Below, one piece after another: positions 1 through 9,272 of a stretch of 64,000 nt of DNA; the first letter of the stretch is position 1; every line of letters starts with the position of its first letter. The position numbers and the translations under genes were made by a program. The notes under the pieces were generated by a model. It was given only the letters and a program-made list of their open reading frames with translations, did not search any database and was not told the DNA's origin. The DNA is from Thermoproteota archaeon (GTDB taxonomy: Archaea > Korarchaeota > Korarchaeia > Korarchaeales > Korarchaeaceae), in the NCBI GenBank assembly GCA_027491435.1, contig JAOZFG010000017.1, forward strand, positions 12,487 to 76,486, in the 5' to 3' direction.

Positions 1-1356
1 GTCAGACAGGGCCTGGGAGAATACGCCGCTAACTGGAGGCTGAGGTTTGACAGCAGGACCTACATGATGTTCTACCCCCAGAGGCCCATAGTCAGAACTA
101 GAGGTGCTGATATCCTGGGGTATGATTACAGACCCTCCGGGCAGAACCTGGTCGTAGCCTTAATACCTATGGACGGCTACAACATGGACGACGCTCTGGT
201 CATGTCCAAGGGGGCCATTGACAGGGGAGCCGCCAGGGCCGTGTTCTTCAGGACTTATGAGGTAGAGGCTAGGAGGCAGGCAGTGGTGGAAGGAGATAAG
301 TTCGAGAACCCATTGCCTCTCAAGAAGGTGTCCAACAAGAAGAATGAGATCTACTACAGAAAGCTCGGGGAGGACGGGATAGTAGATCCGGAGACCTATG
401 TGGAGGGGGGAGACGTACTGGTAGGAAAGACCAGCCCCCCGAGGTTCTCACAAGACCTGTCCATGGTGGGCTTTCAGTACGCCTTCGAGAGGAGAGATAC
501 CTCAGTGACCATGAGGGCATGGGAGAGGGGGCTTGTCACTGACGTGTTGTTGGCCACTAAGCCTGGTGGTGAAAAGCTAGTTAAGGTCAAGGTGAGGGAC
601 ACGAGGCCCCCGGAGATAGGCGACAAGTTCGCCACCAGACATGGTCAGAAGGGAGTTATAGGGATGATATACAGGCATGAGGACATGCCGTTCACGTCCC
701 AGGGAATAGTCCCTGACATAGTGCTTGACCCCCACGCAATACCTTCTAGGATGACCATAGGGCAACTCTACGAGATACTGGCCGGTAAAGTTGGGGCCCT
801 GGAGGGCAGATTCGTGGACGGCACTCCTTTCTTCTCAGAACCCGTAGAGGACTTGATGGAAGCTCTAGAGAAGCTCGGATTCGAGTACAGCGGAGAAGAG
901 ATCATGTACGATGGAAGGACCGGGAAGATGATAAAGGCTCCCATATTCGTAGGTGTTGGCTATTATCAGAGGTTAAAGCACATGGTCAGGGACAAAATAC
1001 ACGCCAGGGCCAAGGGACAGAGGCAACTGCTTACGAGGCAACCGGTCGAAGGCAGGGCCAGAGGAGGGGGGCTTAGGCTCGGTGAGATGGAGGGAGAAGT
1101 CCTCATGTCCCATGGAGCTGCCTCAGTCATAAGGGACAGGTATGTGGAACAGTCAGATAAGGAGATAGTGTATGTCTGCAAGAGGTGTGGCACCCTAGCG
1201 TTTTACAACCAGAAGACCAGCGAGTTCTTCTGTCCTAGATGTCAGAGCAGCGTAGAAGTGACGCCACTGATCACAAGTCATGCCTCAAAGCTATTCGTAG
1301 ACGAGCTAATGTCAGGGCTGATAGATGTGAGGTTTGATGTGAAGGAAGACCTGTAG
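1..1356 (+). CDS. rpoB: DNA-directed RNA polymerase subunit B (Rpo2), C-terminal part; 5' end is upstream of the window
   Basis: Frame is open from the window edge. Motifs GDKFATRHGQKGV and KIHARAKGQRQLLTRQPVEGRARGGGLRLGEME are present, plus a C-terminal CxxC..CxxC zinc ribbon. Sits immediately upstream of rpoA. Confidence 0.95.
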   Translation, partial: VRQGLGEYAANWRLRFDSRTYMMFYPQRPIVRTRGADILGYDYRPSGQNLVVALIPMDGYNMDDALVMSKGAIDRGAARAVFFRTYEVEARRQAVVEGDKFENPLPLKKVSNKKNEIYYRKLGEDGIVDPETYVEGGDVLVGKTSPPRFSQDLSMVGFQYAFERRDTSVTMRAWERGLVTDVLLATKPGGEKLVKVKVRDTRPPEIGDKFATRHGQKGVIGMIYRHEDMPFTSQGIVPDIVLDPHAIPSRMTIGQLYEILAGKVGALEGRFVDGTPFFSEPVEDLMEALEKLGFEYSGEEIMYDGRTGKMIKAPIFVGVGYYQRLKHMVRDKIHARAKGQRQLLTRQPVEGRARGGGLRLGEMEGEVLMSHGAASVIRDRYVEQSDKEIVYVCKRCGTLAFYNQKTSEFFCPRCQSSVEVTPLITSHASKLFVDELMSGLIDVRFDVKEDL

Positions 1357-1365
1357 GGTGATCCC

Positions 1366-4300
1366 ATGCAGATATGGGGACCTGTAGCAGATGAGGAGGC
1401 CATTCCCTACTCACTCAATAAACTCATGTTCGGCCTCCTCTCTCCTGAAGACATTAGGAAGATAGGTTTCATAGAGATAACGGAACCCACAGCCTACGAT
1501 GAGGCTGGACAGCCTGTTCAGGGGGGCGTGCTAGACCCCCGGTTGGGGACCATAAACCCGAAGAGGTTGTGCCCCATATGCGGAAACAAGCCAGCTTTTT
1601 GTCCGGGACACTTCGGCAGGATAGAGCTGGCCATGCCCGTAGTTCATATAGGATACGTCAAGAGGATTAAGGACATCCTGAACACTACTTGTCCTAAGTG
1701 CGGCAAGGTCCTGTTGCCTGAAGATCAGAGGAGAGAGTTCATAGAGGAGGCTAAGGAGTTCATGAGAAAGAACCCCAACGTGAAGATAAACGATAACTTG
1801 GCCAAGAGGGTCAGGGACGAGGTTAAGAAGTACCTAAAGAAGAACAAGACGTGCCCCCATTGCGGAGCTCGGGTTGAAAGGATAGAACTTGAGGAGGCTT
1901 ACAAGTTCATAGTCAAGGAGCCCGAACCTAGGAGGCTCAGGCCCACGGAAATAAGGGCTAGATTGGAGAAGATAAGCGACGAGGATGCTATGATCCTTGG
2001 CTTTAACCCAGAGAGGGCGAGGCCCGAGTGGACCGTCCTCACCGTGATGCTAGTTCCTCCCCTCCCGGACAGGCCTTCTATTTACTTGGAGACTGGGGAG
2101 AGGTCTGAGGACGACCTGACTCACATCTTAGTGGAAATTTTGAAGGCCAACAGGAAGTTAATGAATTCCAAGAAGCTGGGGGCCCCTAACAGCGTAATTG
2201 AGAGCGAATGGGATCTCCTTCAGTACTATGTGAGCGTGTTCTTCCACAACGCCGTTGCAAACATGCCAGTGGCCACACAGAAGGGGACAAAGAGGCCGCT
2301 CAAATCCCTGTTCCAGAGGTTGGAGGGTAAGGAGGGCAGGCTCAGGAAGAACCTGATAGGAAAGAGGGTAGACTTCTCGAGCAGGACTGTGATCTCCCCT
2401 GATCCCATGCTGGACATAGACGAGGTTGGGGTCCCAGAGGAAATCGCTAAGGTGCTTACAGTGCCAGAATACGTCAACGAGAGTAACATAGAGAGGCTAA
2501 AGGAGATGGTGATGAGAGGGCCCGATGAACACCCAGGGGCTAACATAGTAAGAAAGGGAGGGAGGACCCCGATAAGCTTGGGAGTCCTGAAGAGGAAGGG
2601 CAAAGAGTACCTGAAGGAGATAGCTGATCAGCTAGAGCCCGGAGACGTGGTTGAGAGGCACCTCATCGATGGAGACTATGTGATCTTCAACAGACAACCC
2701 TCGCTGCACAAGCTATCCATGCTAGGACACAGGGTTAGGGTGTTGCCCGGGGCCACTTTCAGGCTACACCCCGCCGTTTGCGTTCCTTACAACGCTGACT
2801 TCGATGGAGATGAGATGAACCTGCACGTGCCTCAGATAATGGAGGGAGCAATAGAGGCCAAGGAGCTCATGGGCGTCATCAAGAACATGCTCTCTCCCAG
2901 GACTGGAGGATCTATAATAGGGGCTAGACAGGACTTTATAACGGCCCTCTACTTGATAACCAGGAAAGACGCTTTGTTCGATAAGTCCGAGGCCTCTAGG
3001 ATTATGGCTAGAGCTGGAATAACAGAGCTACCCGAGCCAGCTATAAAGAAGCCCAAGCAACTTTGGACCGGCAAGCAACTAATATCTATGCTTTTCCCTG
3101 AGGACTTCGACTTCACCTCCGTAGCCAAGTCCGCCAAGGGAACCGAGTGCAACGATCCAAGCTGCCCTTCCGACGGTTACGTGTTGATAAGGAATGGGAA
3201 GCTTCTCTCAGGGGTGTTGGATGACGACATAGTGGGGACCCTGGTTAAGGGTAAGCTAACAATAATAGACGTCTTGATCAGAGACTATGGGGAGGAGGTA
3301 GCTGCCGAGTTCTTGAACAAGCTGCTTAAGATAGCGGCCAAGGAGATACTGCTTCTGGGAGTGACGACATCGCCGAGAGAGTTAATAATGCCTAAGGAAG
3401 CCTACGAAGAGATTAGATCTCTCTACGAGGAGCTAACAAAGAAAGTAGAGGAGAAGATAAAGGAGAGACCGATAACCAAGAAGATACCTATATTCAGGAC
3501 GAAAGAAGAGCTTCTGAGGGCAATGAGGGAAGAGCAGATGCTTGAGTTCGAGATAGTGCAGGTGATAGATGAATCGTGGAGCAAGGTCAGCGATATAGTC
3601 TCCAAGTACCTAGATCCAAAGTCTAACGTTGCCATAATGGCTAAGACAGGAGCTAGAGGGTCTATAGCCAATTTATCCCAGGTTATGGGTCAGGTGGGCC
3701 AGCAGAAGGTCAAATCCAGGATAGGCTTCGTCTTGACTAGCGGGAGGCCCAGAAAGGGGTTCAGGAACAGGGTGTTGTCCTATTTCGAGAGAGGGGATCT
3801 GAGCCTGGAGGCCAAGGGATTTGTTAAGAGCAGCTACGTTACCGGACTGAACCCCGCTGAGTTCATATTCCACGCCATGTCCAGCAGAGAGTCGCTCATA
3901 GACAAGGGAAGGAGGACAGAGGACAGCGGGTACTTTTACAGGAGGGTCGCCAATAGCTTGAAGGATATATACGTGTATTACGACGAGACTGTCAGAGATT
4001 CACAGAACAGGATCATACAGTTTAGGTTTGGGGGAGATGGGTTCGATCCCACTAAGCTGTTCAGGGGAGAGCCAGTGAACGTAGATAAGGTGATAAGGAA
4101 GGTAGTCAAGCAAGCCAGGAAGAGGGGCGTGTCTAAGGCAAAGATAACCGATGCCCTTAAGAAGGCGGGCCTTCCCGAGGCTTTAGTCGATAAGATATAC
4201 GAGTACAAGCCTAGGGAGCAAGAGCTACAGGAGATTATAAAGGAGCTTAAGGCTGGTTATGAGAACGCTAAAATAGAGGTCTTGACCCCAATAGGGATAA

Positions 4301-5319
4301 TTAGTGCCCAGAGCATAGCTGAGCCCACCACTCAAATGGTTCTTAGGACGTTCCACGCCCCTGGACTCTTGGCTGTAGACGTCACTCACGGGGTTGAGAG
4401 GTTTAAGGAGCTGGTGTTTTACGCTTCCACTAGCACACCCACCATGAAGATATACGTGCAGCCCGAGTGCGTTCAGGATGAGAGCAAGCTGAGGAAGCTC
4501 GTTAGAAGCTTAAGGGAGTTGAGGGTAAGGGACCTAATCGAAGAATACGCCATAGACAACTACCAGTACTTGTTGATAATAAAGCCAGATTACCAGGCCC
4601 TAGAGGTAAATCAGATATCCCTGGATAAGCTGGTTAACACGATAAAGTCATCTGTCAAGGGGATAAAGGGTGACGTCCAGGTAAAGGACGGAGTAATCTA
4701 CGTCAGCCTGTTAGAGGCCTCTAAGAGGGACAAGCCGCTACAAACCCTAAGGTCCTGGTCTTACAGAGTAATAGACAAGATGATATCAGGGATTAAGGGA
4801 ATAAAGAGGGCTTGGGTTGAGATAGAGGATGGGGAATACGTGATTAAGACCTCAGGCTCTAACCTGAAGGAGGTCTTGAACATGCCTTGCGTCGATTACA
4901 CTAGAACTATCACCAACGACTGTAAGGAGATAGAGAGCGTGCTCGGCATAGAAGCGGCTAGGAATTGCGTTTTAAACGAGTTGGCTAGGATCCTTGAGGA
5001 ACAGGGCCTAGAGGTGGACAGGAGGTACATAACTCTAGTGGCAGATGCCATGGCCTACTGGGGCAGGCTCGAGGCCGTTAGGTTGCAGGCTGCAGGCGTG
5101 TCCTCAGGGCTGTTTAGTGTGATGAAGACCCCGTTAAGCAAGATGGCATTTGAGTGGACCTATCACGTGATCTTAAATACCGGGAGGAGAGGAGAGGATA
5201 ACCCAATTGAGGGTCCACTAGATGCTTTAATAATGGGACAGACCCCACCAATTGGTACGGGTAAGGTCTCGATAAGGTGGGACCTCAGATCCCTACTGGA
5301 GAAGGGAGAGGGTGAGTGA
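1366..5319 (+). CDS. rpoA: DNA-directed RNA polymerase largest subunit, unsplit A'+A'' (Rpo1) in one 1317-aa ORF
   Basis: N-terminal zinc motifs (CPICG, CPKCG, CPHCG), catalytic NADFDGDEMN, bridge-helix segment (EFIFHAM..) and A''-type trigger-loop segment (AQSIAEPTTQM..TFH) all lie in one frame with no stop. Confidence 0.9.
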   Translation: MQIWGPVADEEAIPYSLNKLMFGLLSPEDIRKIGFIEITEPTAYDEAGQPVQGGVLDPRLGTINPKRLCPICGNKPAFCPGHFGRIELAMPVVHIGYVKRIKDILNTTCPKCGKVLLPEDQRREFIEEAKEFMRKNPNVKINDNLAKRVRDEVKKYLKKNKTCPHCGARVERIELEEAYKFIVKEPEPRRLRPTEIRARLEKISDEDAMILGFNPERARPEWTVLTVMLVPPLPDRPSIYLETGERSEDDLTHILVEILKANRKLMNSKKLGAPNSVIESEWDLLQYYVSVFFHNAVANMPVATQKGTKRPLKSLFQRLEGKEGRLRKNLIGKRVDFSSRTVISPDPMLDIDEVGVPEEIAKVLTVPEYVNESNIERLKEMVMRGPDEHPGANIVRKGGRTPISLGVLKRKGKEYLKEIADQLEPGDVVERHLIDGDYVIFNRQPSLHKLSMLGHRVRVLPGATFRLHPAVCVPYNADFDGDEMNLHVPQIMEGAIEAKELMGVIKNMLSPRTGGSIIGARQDFITALYLITRKDALFDKSEASRIMARAGITELPEPAIKKPKQLWTGKQLISMLFPEDFDFTSVAKSAKGTECNDPSCPSDGYVLIRNGKLLSGVLDDDIVGTLVKGKLTIIDVLIRDYGEEVAAEFLNKLLKIAAKEILLLGVTTSPRELIMPKEAYEEIRSLYEELTKKVEEKIKERPITKKIPIFRTKEELLRAMREEQMLEFEIVQVIDESWSKVSDIVSKYLDPKSNVAIMAKTGARGSIANLSQVMGQVGQQKVKSRIGFVLTSGRPRKGFRNRVLSYFERGDLSLEAKGFVKSSYVTGLNPAEFIFHAMSSRESLIDKGRRTEDSGYFYRRVANSLKDIYVYYDETVRDSQNRIIQFRFGGDGFDPTKLFRGEPVNVDKVIRKVVKQARKRGVSKAKITDALKKAGLPEALVDKIYEYKPREQELQEIIKELKAGYENAKIEVLTPIGIISAQSIAEPTTQMVLRTFHAPGLLAVDVTHGVERFKELVFYASTSTPTMKIYVQPECVQDESKLRKLVRSLRELRVRDLIEEYAIDNYQYLLIIKPDYQALEVNQISLDKLVNTIKSSVKGIKGDVQVKDGVIYVSLLEASKRDKPLQTLRSWSYRVIDKMISGIKGIKRAWVEIEDGEYVIKTSGSNLKEVLNMPCVDYTRTITNDCKEIESVLGIEAARNCVLNELARILEEQGLEVDRRYITLVADAMAYWGRLEAVRLQAAGVSSGLFSVMKTPLSKMAFEWTYHVILNTGRRGEDNPIEGPLDALIMGQTPPIGTGKVSIRWDLRSLLEKGEGE

Positions 5320-5321
5320 TA

Positions 5322-5627
5322 ATGAGCTTGAACCTAGATTCGGAGCTCTATTTAGCTTTCAAGTCAGGTAAGGTGGTACTAGGGGCCAAGAAAGTTATTA
5401 AGCTCCTGAAGACGGGAGGAGAGTCCCCCAAAGCCATCGTATTGGCATCTAACGCTCCAAGCCCCATGAAGGAGGAGATAGAATACTTAGCTAAGCTGGC
5501 CAACGTTCCCTTGATAAAGTATCAAGGCAAGTCCATAGACCTGGGCAGGGCCTTTAAGCGGCCATTTTTTGTTTCAGCTGCCGCAATACTTGACCCGGGA
5601 GAATCGAAGATTATGGAAATGCTGTAA
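5322..5627 (+). CDS. rpl30e: 50S ribosomal protein L30e
   Basis: Pattern KSGKVVLGAKKVIK..AIVLASNAP..YLAKL..VPLIKY.G is typical of eL30. Canonical position after rpoA. ATG at 5322; the track start at 5316 is GTG. Confidence 0.9.
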   Translation: MSLNLDSELYLAFKSGKVVLGAKKVIKLLKTGGESPKAIVLASNAPSPMKEEIEYLAKLANVPLIKYQGKSIDLGRAFKRPFFVSAAAILDPGESKIMEML

Positions 5628-5660
5628 TGGGGGGACGCTAGAATACCCAAGAGGAAAATT

Positions 5661-6113
5661 GTGATAACTAGTGAGCAGCTCAGGTACATGAAGATATTTG
5701 CTGACATGTTAGGTGTACAGCCTAAAGACGTGGTCGAGGATAAGGAGGAGAGCAGACTTATTTTCGTTGTTGAAAAGGGGGATCTGGGCAGGGCCGTGGG
5801 TAGGGGAGGGAGGAAGCTCAAAACCATGAAAAGGCTATTGAAAGATGACATCAACATGGACATAGAGGTTGTCGAGTATGACGACACGCCTGAGGGCTTC
5901 ATTAAGAATCTATTAAGCCCAGCGAGGGTCCCTAAGGTAGAGGTTGTCAGGGACAGGGACGGCCAGTTGGTTGCCACAGCGTATGTGGCCGAACAGGACA
6001 GAAGCATAGCCATAGGTAAAAATGGGAGGAGGATTAAGAGGGCCAGATTGCTGGCCAGAAGGTGGTTCGACATAGACAACATTAAAATAGCTAATTGGAG
6101 AGGTCATAGGTGA
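5661..6113 (+). CDS. nusA: NusA-like transcription factor (two KH domains)
   Basis: GxxG KH motifs (GRGGRKLK and GKNGRRIK). Conserved position between L30e and S12. Confidence 0.85.
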   Translation: MITSEQLRYMKIFADMLGVQPKDVVEDKEESRLIFVVEKGDLGRAVGRGGRKLKTMKRLLKDDINMDIEVVEYDDTPEGFIKNLLSPARVPKVEVVRDRDGQLVATAYVAEQDRSIAIGKNGRRIKRARLLARRWFDIDNIKIANWRGHR

Positions 6114-6122
6114 GGTGATGAT

Positions 6123-6563
6123 ATGGGAAAGAAATCCCCTTTAGGGCTGTACGCCGCTAGGATACTGAAGAGAAAGTACAAGGAGAAGAGGCTCCACAGC
6201 TGGAAGTATAGAAGGAGGATATACAGACTTAAGGAGAGGTTCGACCCCTTAGAGGGCGCGCCTATGGCTAGGGGGATAGTCTTAGAGAAAGTAGGCCTGG
6301 AGGCAAGGCAACCCCACTCGGGTCTCAGAAAGGCGGTGAAGGTGCAGCTTGCGAAGAACGGGGTCATCGTAACGGCCTTCGCTCCGGGAGATGGAGCTCT
6401 TAACGTGATAAACGAACACGATGAGGTCATAATAGAGGGTATTGGAGGTTCGAGGGGCAGATCGCTAGGGGATATACCAGGTGTTAGGTATAAGGTGATT
6501 AAGGTAAACGGGGTGTCCCTGCAGGCGATACTTACTGGAAAGAAGGAGAAGCCCCAGAGGTGA
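6123..6563 (+). CDS. rps12: 30S ribosomal protein S12 (uS12)
   Basis: Segments [24 protein letters not shown] and [14 protein letters not shown] are typical archaeal uS12. Confidence 0.95.
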   Translation: MGKKSPLGLYAARILKRKYKEKRLHSWKYRRRIYRLKERFDPLEGAPMARGIVLEKVGLEARQPHSGLRKAVKVQLAKNGVIVTAFAPGDGALNVINEHDEVIIEGIGGSRGRSLGDIPGVRYKVIKVNGVSLQAILTGKKEKPQR

Positions 6564-6567
6564 TCTG

Positions 6568-7197
6568 ATGTCCGAGGCTGAAGAGGTTAAACTCCCTGAG
6601 ATTAAATTGTTTGGCAAGTGGAGTTACGAAGGAGTTGAAGTAAAAAACATAGCGCTTAAAGGGGTAATATCGCTGAAGCCCGTTTACCTCCCACACACAG
6701 GGGGGAGGCATGAGCACAAGAGGTTTGGTAAGCTAAAGATACCGATAGTCGAGAGGTTGGTCAACAGGCTAATGGGGCAGGCTATAAACGCAGGAGTCAA
6801 AAAAGATCATGTCAATAGCAAGAATTGTGGTAAGAAATTGAAGGCAATGAGGACGGTAAAGTACGCCTTCGAGATAATAGAGTTGAGAACTGGAAGGAAC
6901 CCTATACAGGTGTTCATAGACGCCATTGAAAACGCTATAATAAGGGAGGAGGTTACCAGGATAATGTACGGTGGGGTCAGCTACTTCCATGCTGTAGACA
7001 CATCCCCGAGCAGGATGGTGGATCTGGCTATAAGGCACATCGCTCAGGGAGCCGCTCAAAAGGCGTTCAGGAGTCCTAGGAGTTTGGCCGAGGCTCTAGC
7101 GGATGAGATAATAGCCGCTGCTGAATACGACAGAAACAGGAGTCACGCTATAAGGAGGAAAGAGGAGATAGAGAGGATAGCCCTAAGCAGCAGGTGA
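6568..7197 (+). CDS. rps7: 30S ribosomal protein S7 (uS7)
   Basis: Follows S12. Length and the C-terminal pattern [12 protein letters not shown] match archaeal uS7. Confidence 0.95.
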   Translation: MSEAEEVKLPEIKLFGKWSYEGVEVKNIALKGVISLKPVYLPHTGGRHEHKRFGKLKIPIVERLVNRLMGQAINAGVKKDHVNSKNCGKKLKAMRTVKYAFEIIELRTGRNPIQVFIDAIENAIIREEVTRIMYGGVSYFHAVDTSPSRMVDLAIRHIAQGAAQKAFRSPRSLAEALADEIIAAAEYDRNRSHAIRRKEEIERIALSSR

Positions 7198-7208
7198 GGT
7201 GCAAGTTC

Positions 7209-7442
7209 ATGACCAAGGAGCCTCCAATATCCTTTCTGAAGAGGGCCCACGGCGCGGAGATAAGGGTTAGGCTGAAGAACGGCAATGAGATTGAGGGTAA
7301 GCTGCTTGTCTACGATGAGATGATGAACTTGGTGTTACAATCGGCTAAAGAAATAAACCCTGAGACCAAAGAGGTCCTCAGGAACATGGGAACTTTGTTC
7401 ATTAGGGGAAATAACGTCCTTTTCATCACGCTGGAGCCCTAA
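7209..7442 (+). CDS. Sm-like (LSm) RNA-binding protein
   Basis: Sm1/Sm2 pattern: IRVRLKNGNEIEGKLLVYDEMMNLVL...GTLFIRGNNVLFI. ATG at 7209 is preferred over the upstream GTG. Confidence 0.8.
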   Translation: MTKEPPISFLKRAHGAEIRVRLKNGNEIEGKLLVYDEMMNLVLQSAKEINPETKEVLRNMGTLFIRGNNVLFITLEP

Positions 7443-7445
7443 CCC

Positions 7446-9266
7446 TTATTCTACCGTCACACTTTTTGCCAGATTTCTGGGCTTATCCGGATCCCTTCCA
7501 AGCTTCACAGCCGTTCTGTAGGCTAACAACTGGAGGGGCACGATGTAGACTAGAGGTGAGAGCTCCTCCGTGGGTCGGTCCCACCTGACCTTTATGACCG
7601 TCACGTCCTCCAGTTCCAGCTCCTCTGGTGTCACTGCTATTGTCATAGCGCCCCTAGACTTAACCTCCATGAGGTTGTAGATGATCTTGCTCTGCAGATC
7701 AGGGTTCACTGGCATTAAAACGATAGCGGGGACCCCTTCCTCTATCAGGGCTAGAGGCCCGTGTTTGTACTCGCCAGCCGGATAGCCTTCAGCGTGTATG
7801 TAACTTATCTCCTTAAGCTTAAGGGCCCCTTCCAGAGAGGTCGGGTAGTTTATGCCCCTTCCTAAGTAGTACACGTCACGTTTCTTGCTTATGCTCTCGG
7901 ACAGTTTAACGGACACCTCGTCCATGAACGGCAGGTTACTCTCCACTACCCTGGACACCTCCATTATCGTTTTCCTCACCTCCTCTGGGTTGGGGCTTCT
8001 CCCCTCTATGTAGCTCTCGGCTAGCTTTACCACTGAGTATATTACCGCTAGCTCAGCCAAATACGTCTTAGTGGCAGCCACTCCTATTTCAGGGCCAGCC
8101 ATCATGTACACAGTCTCGTCAGATAGCCTGGTTAATGTGCTCCCGGGGACGTTCACTATGGAGATCACCTTAGCGCCCAGATCTTTGGCCCTTCTTACAG
8201 CCTCCAGCACATCTGCCGTTTCCCCTGACTGGCTTATTGGGATTACCAGATCGTCTACTCCTATGAAGTCTCCCCACTCTAAGAACTCAGAGGCCACGAT
8301 CGAGTCCGATTGGGCTTTCAACCTCTTAGAGAAGAGGTATTTACCCACCAAGCTGGCGTGGTAAGAAGTGCCAGCCGCTACAAACGATATTCTTCTCCCG
8401 GTTTCTATGGACTCCGCTAAAATCTGAGAGAACTTCAAGTAATATTCCACGTTGTCGGCAATTTGTCTTAAAACGTGGGGTTGCTCGTATATTTCCTTCA
8501 ACATGAAGTGCGGGTAACTCCCCTTATCTATTAGGGAGGGTGACCAGGAAACTTCCTTAACCTCCTTTTCCACGGGGATCACTTCTTGTCCCACTAACCT
8601 CCATACCCTGACCTCATCTGGGGAGATGACCGCTACTTCACCATCGTCTAGGAAAATGAATCGGTTAGTCAGGTGAAGTAGGGCTGTTATATCTGAGGCA
8701 CAATAATTTTCGCCCTCCCCCAGTCCTATCACCAACGGGCTCTTGTTTCTGGCCAAGAAGATCTCGTTGCTCCCCGCAAACACAGCGGCAATTGCATAGC
8801 TCCCAGAAAGGGGGGCTATGGACTCGTAGAAAGCCCTTAGCCTGTCCATTCCAGACCTCACCTTATCCTCTATTAGATGAGCCACGACCTCTGTGTCTGT
8901 CTCTGACCTGAAGACGTGACCCCTCTCCCTCAGCTTGTTCCTTAGATAATGGAAATCGTCCAGCGTACCGTTGTGTACTAGAGCCACCTTGTTGTCGCAG
9001 GACGTGTGAGGGTGGGCGTTATCATCGGTTACCCCGCCGTGTGTGGCCCACCTGGTGTGTCCTATTCCTGTAGTCCCATCCTCCAACTTAACGTCTGAGA
9101 GAACCTCGTCTATGGTACCTACTCCCTTAATCACGAATATTGAATTACCATTAACTATAGCTATTCCTGAAGAGTCGTAACCTCTATACTCTAGCTTCTT
9201 GAGGGCCTTCTTGATTTCAGAGATTACTCCTCCCCTTTTTCTGGTGATCCCCACTATACCGCACAA
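7446..9266 (-). CDS. glmS: Glutamine--fructose-6-phosphate aminotransferase (isomerising)
   Basis: N-terminal MCGIVG Ntn-amidotransferase start, two SIS domains, C-terminal ...KSVTVE. 606 aa. Confidence 0.95.
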   Translation of the reverse strand: MCGIVGITRKRGGVISEIKKALKKLEYRGYDSSGIAIVNGNSIFVIKGVGTIDEVLSDVKLEDGTTGIGHTRWATHGGVTDDNAHPHTSCDNKVALVHNGTLDDFHYLRNKLRERGHVFRSETDTEVVAHLIEDKVRSGMDRLRAFYESIAPLSGSYAIAAVFAGSNEIFLARNKSPLVIGLGEGENYCASDITALLHLTNRFIFLDDGEVAVISPDEVRVWRLVGQEVIPVEKEVKEVSWSPSLIDKGSYPHFMLKEIYEQPHVLRQIADNVEYYLKFSQILAESIETGRRISFVAAGTSYHASLVGKYLFSKRLKAQSDSIVASEFLEWGDFIGVDDLVIPISQSGETADVLEAVRRAKDLGAKVISIVNVPGSTLTRLSDETVYMMAGPEIGVAATKTYLAELAVIYSVVKLAESYIEGRSPNPEEVRKTIMEVSRVVESNLPFMDEVSVKLSESISKKRDVYYLGRGINYPTSLEGALKLKEISYIHAEGYPAGEYKHGPLALIEEGVPAIVLMPVNPDLQSKIIYNLMEVKSRGAMTIAVTPEELELEDVTVIKVRWDRPTEELSPLVYIVPLQLLAYRTAVKLGRDPDKPRNLAKSVTVE

Positions 9267-9272
9267 GAGCGT

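Noticed and set aside
5522-6082. A 186-aa ORF antisense to nusA. Similar long antisense ORFs occur at 21184-21651, 50065-50517, 53881-54459, 55674-56174 and 56567-57016.
   Set aside because: Each lies wholly opposite a strongly conserved gene. They have Ser/Leu/Pro-rich low-complexity composition typical of the reverse frame of purine-rich coding DNA, and no motifs, start context or independent spacing.
6105-6125. A GTGATGA 'C box' between nusA and S12.
   Set aside because: It consists of the nusA stop codon plus the purine-rich ribosome-binding region of S12. No D box or stem lies outside coding sequence.
7315-7370. ATGATGA ... CTGA inside the Sm gene as a possible embedded C/D sRNA.
   Set aside because: It lies entirely within a conserved coding region, has no terminal stem, and the box spacing is atypical.
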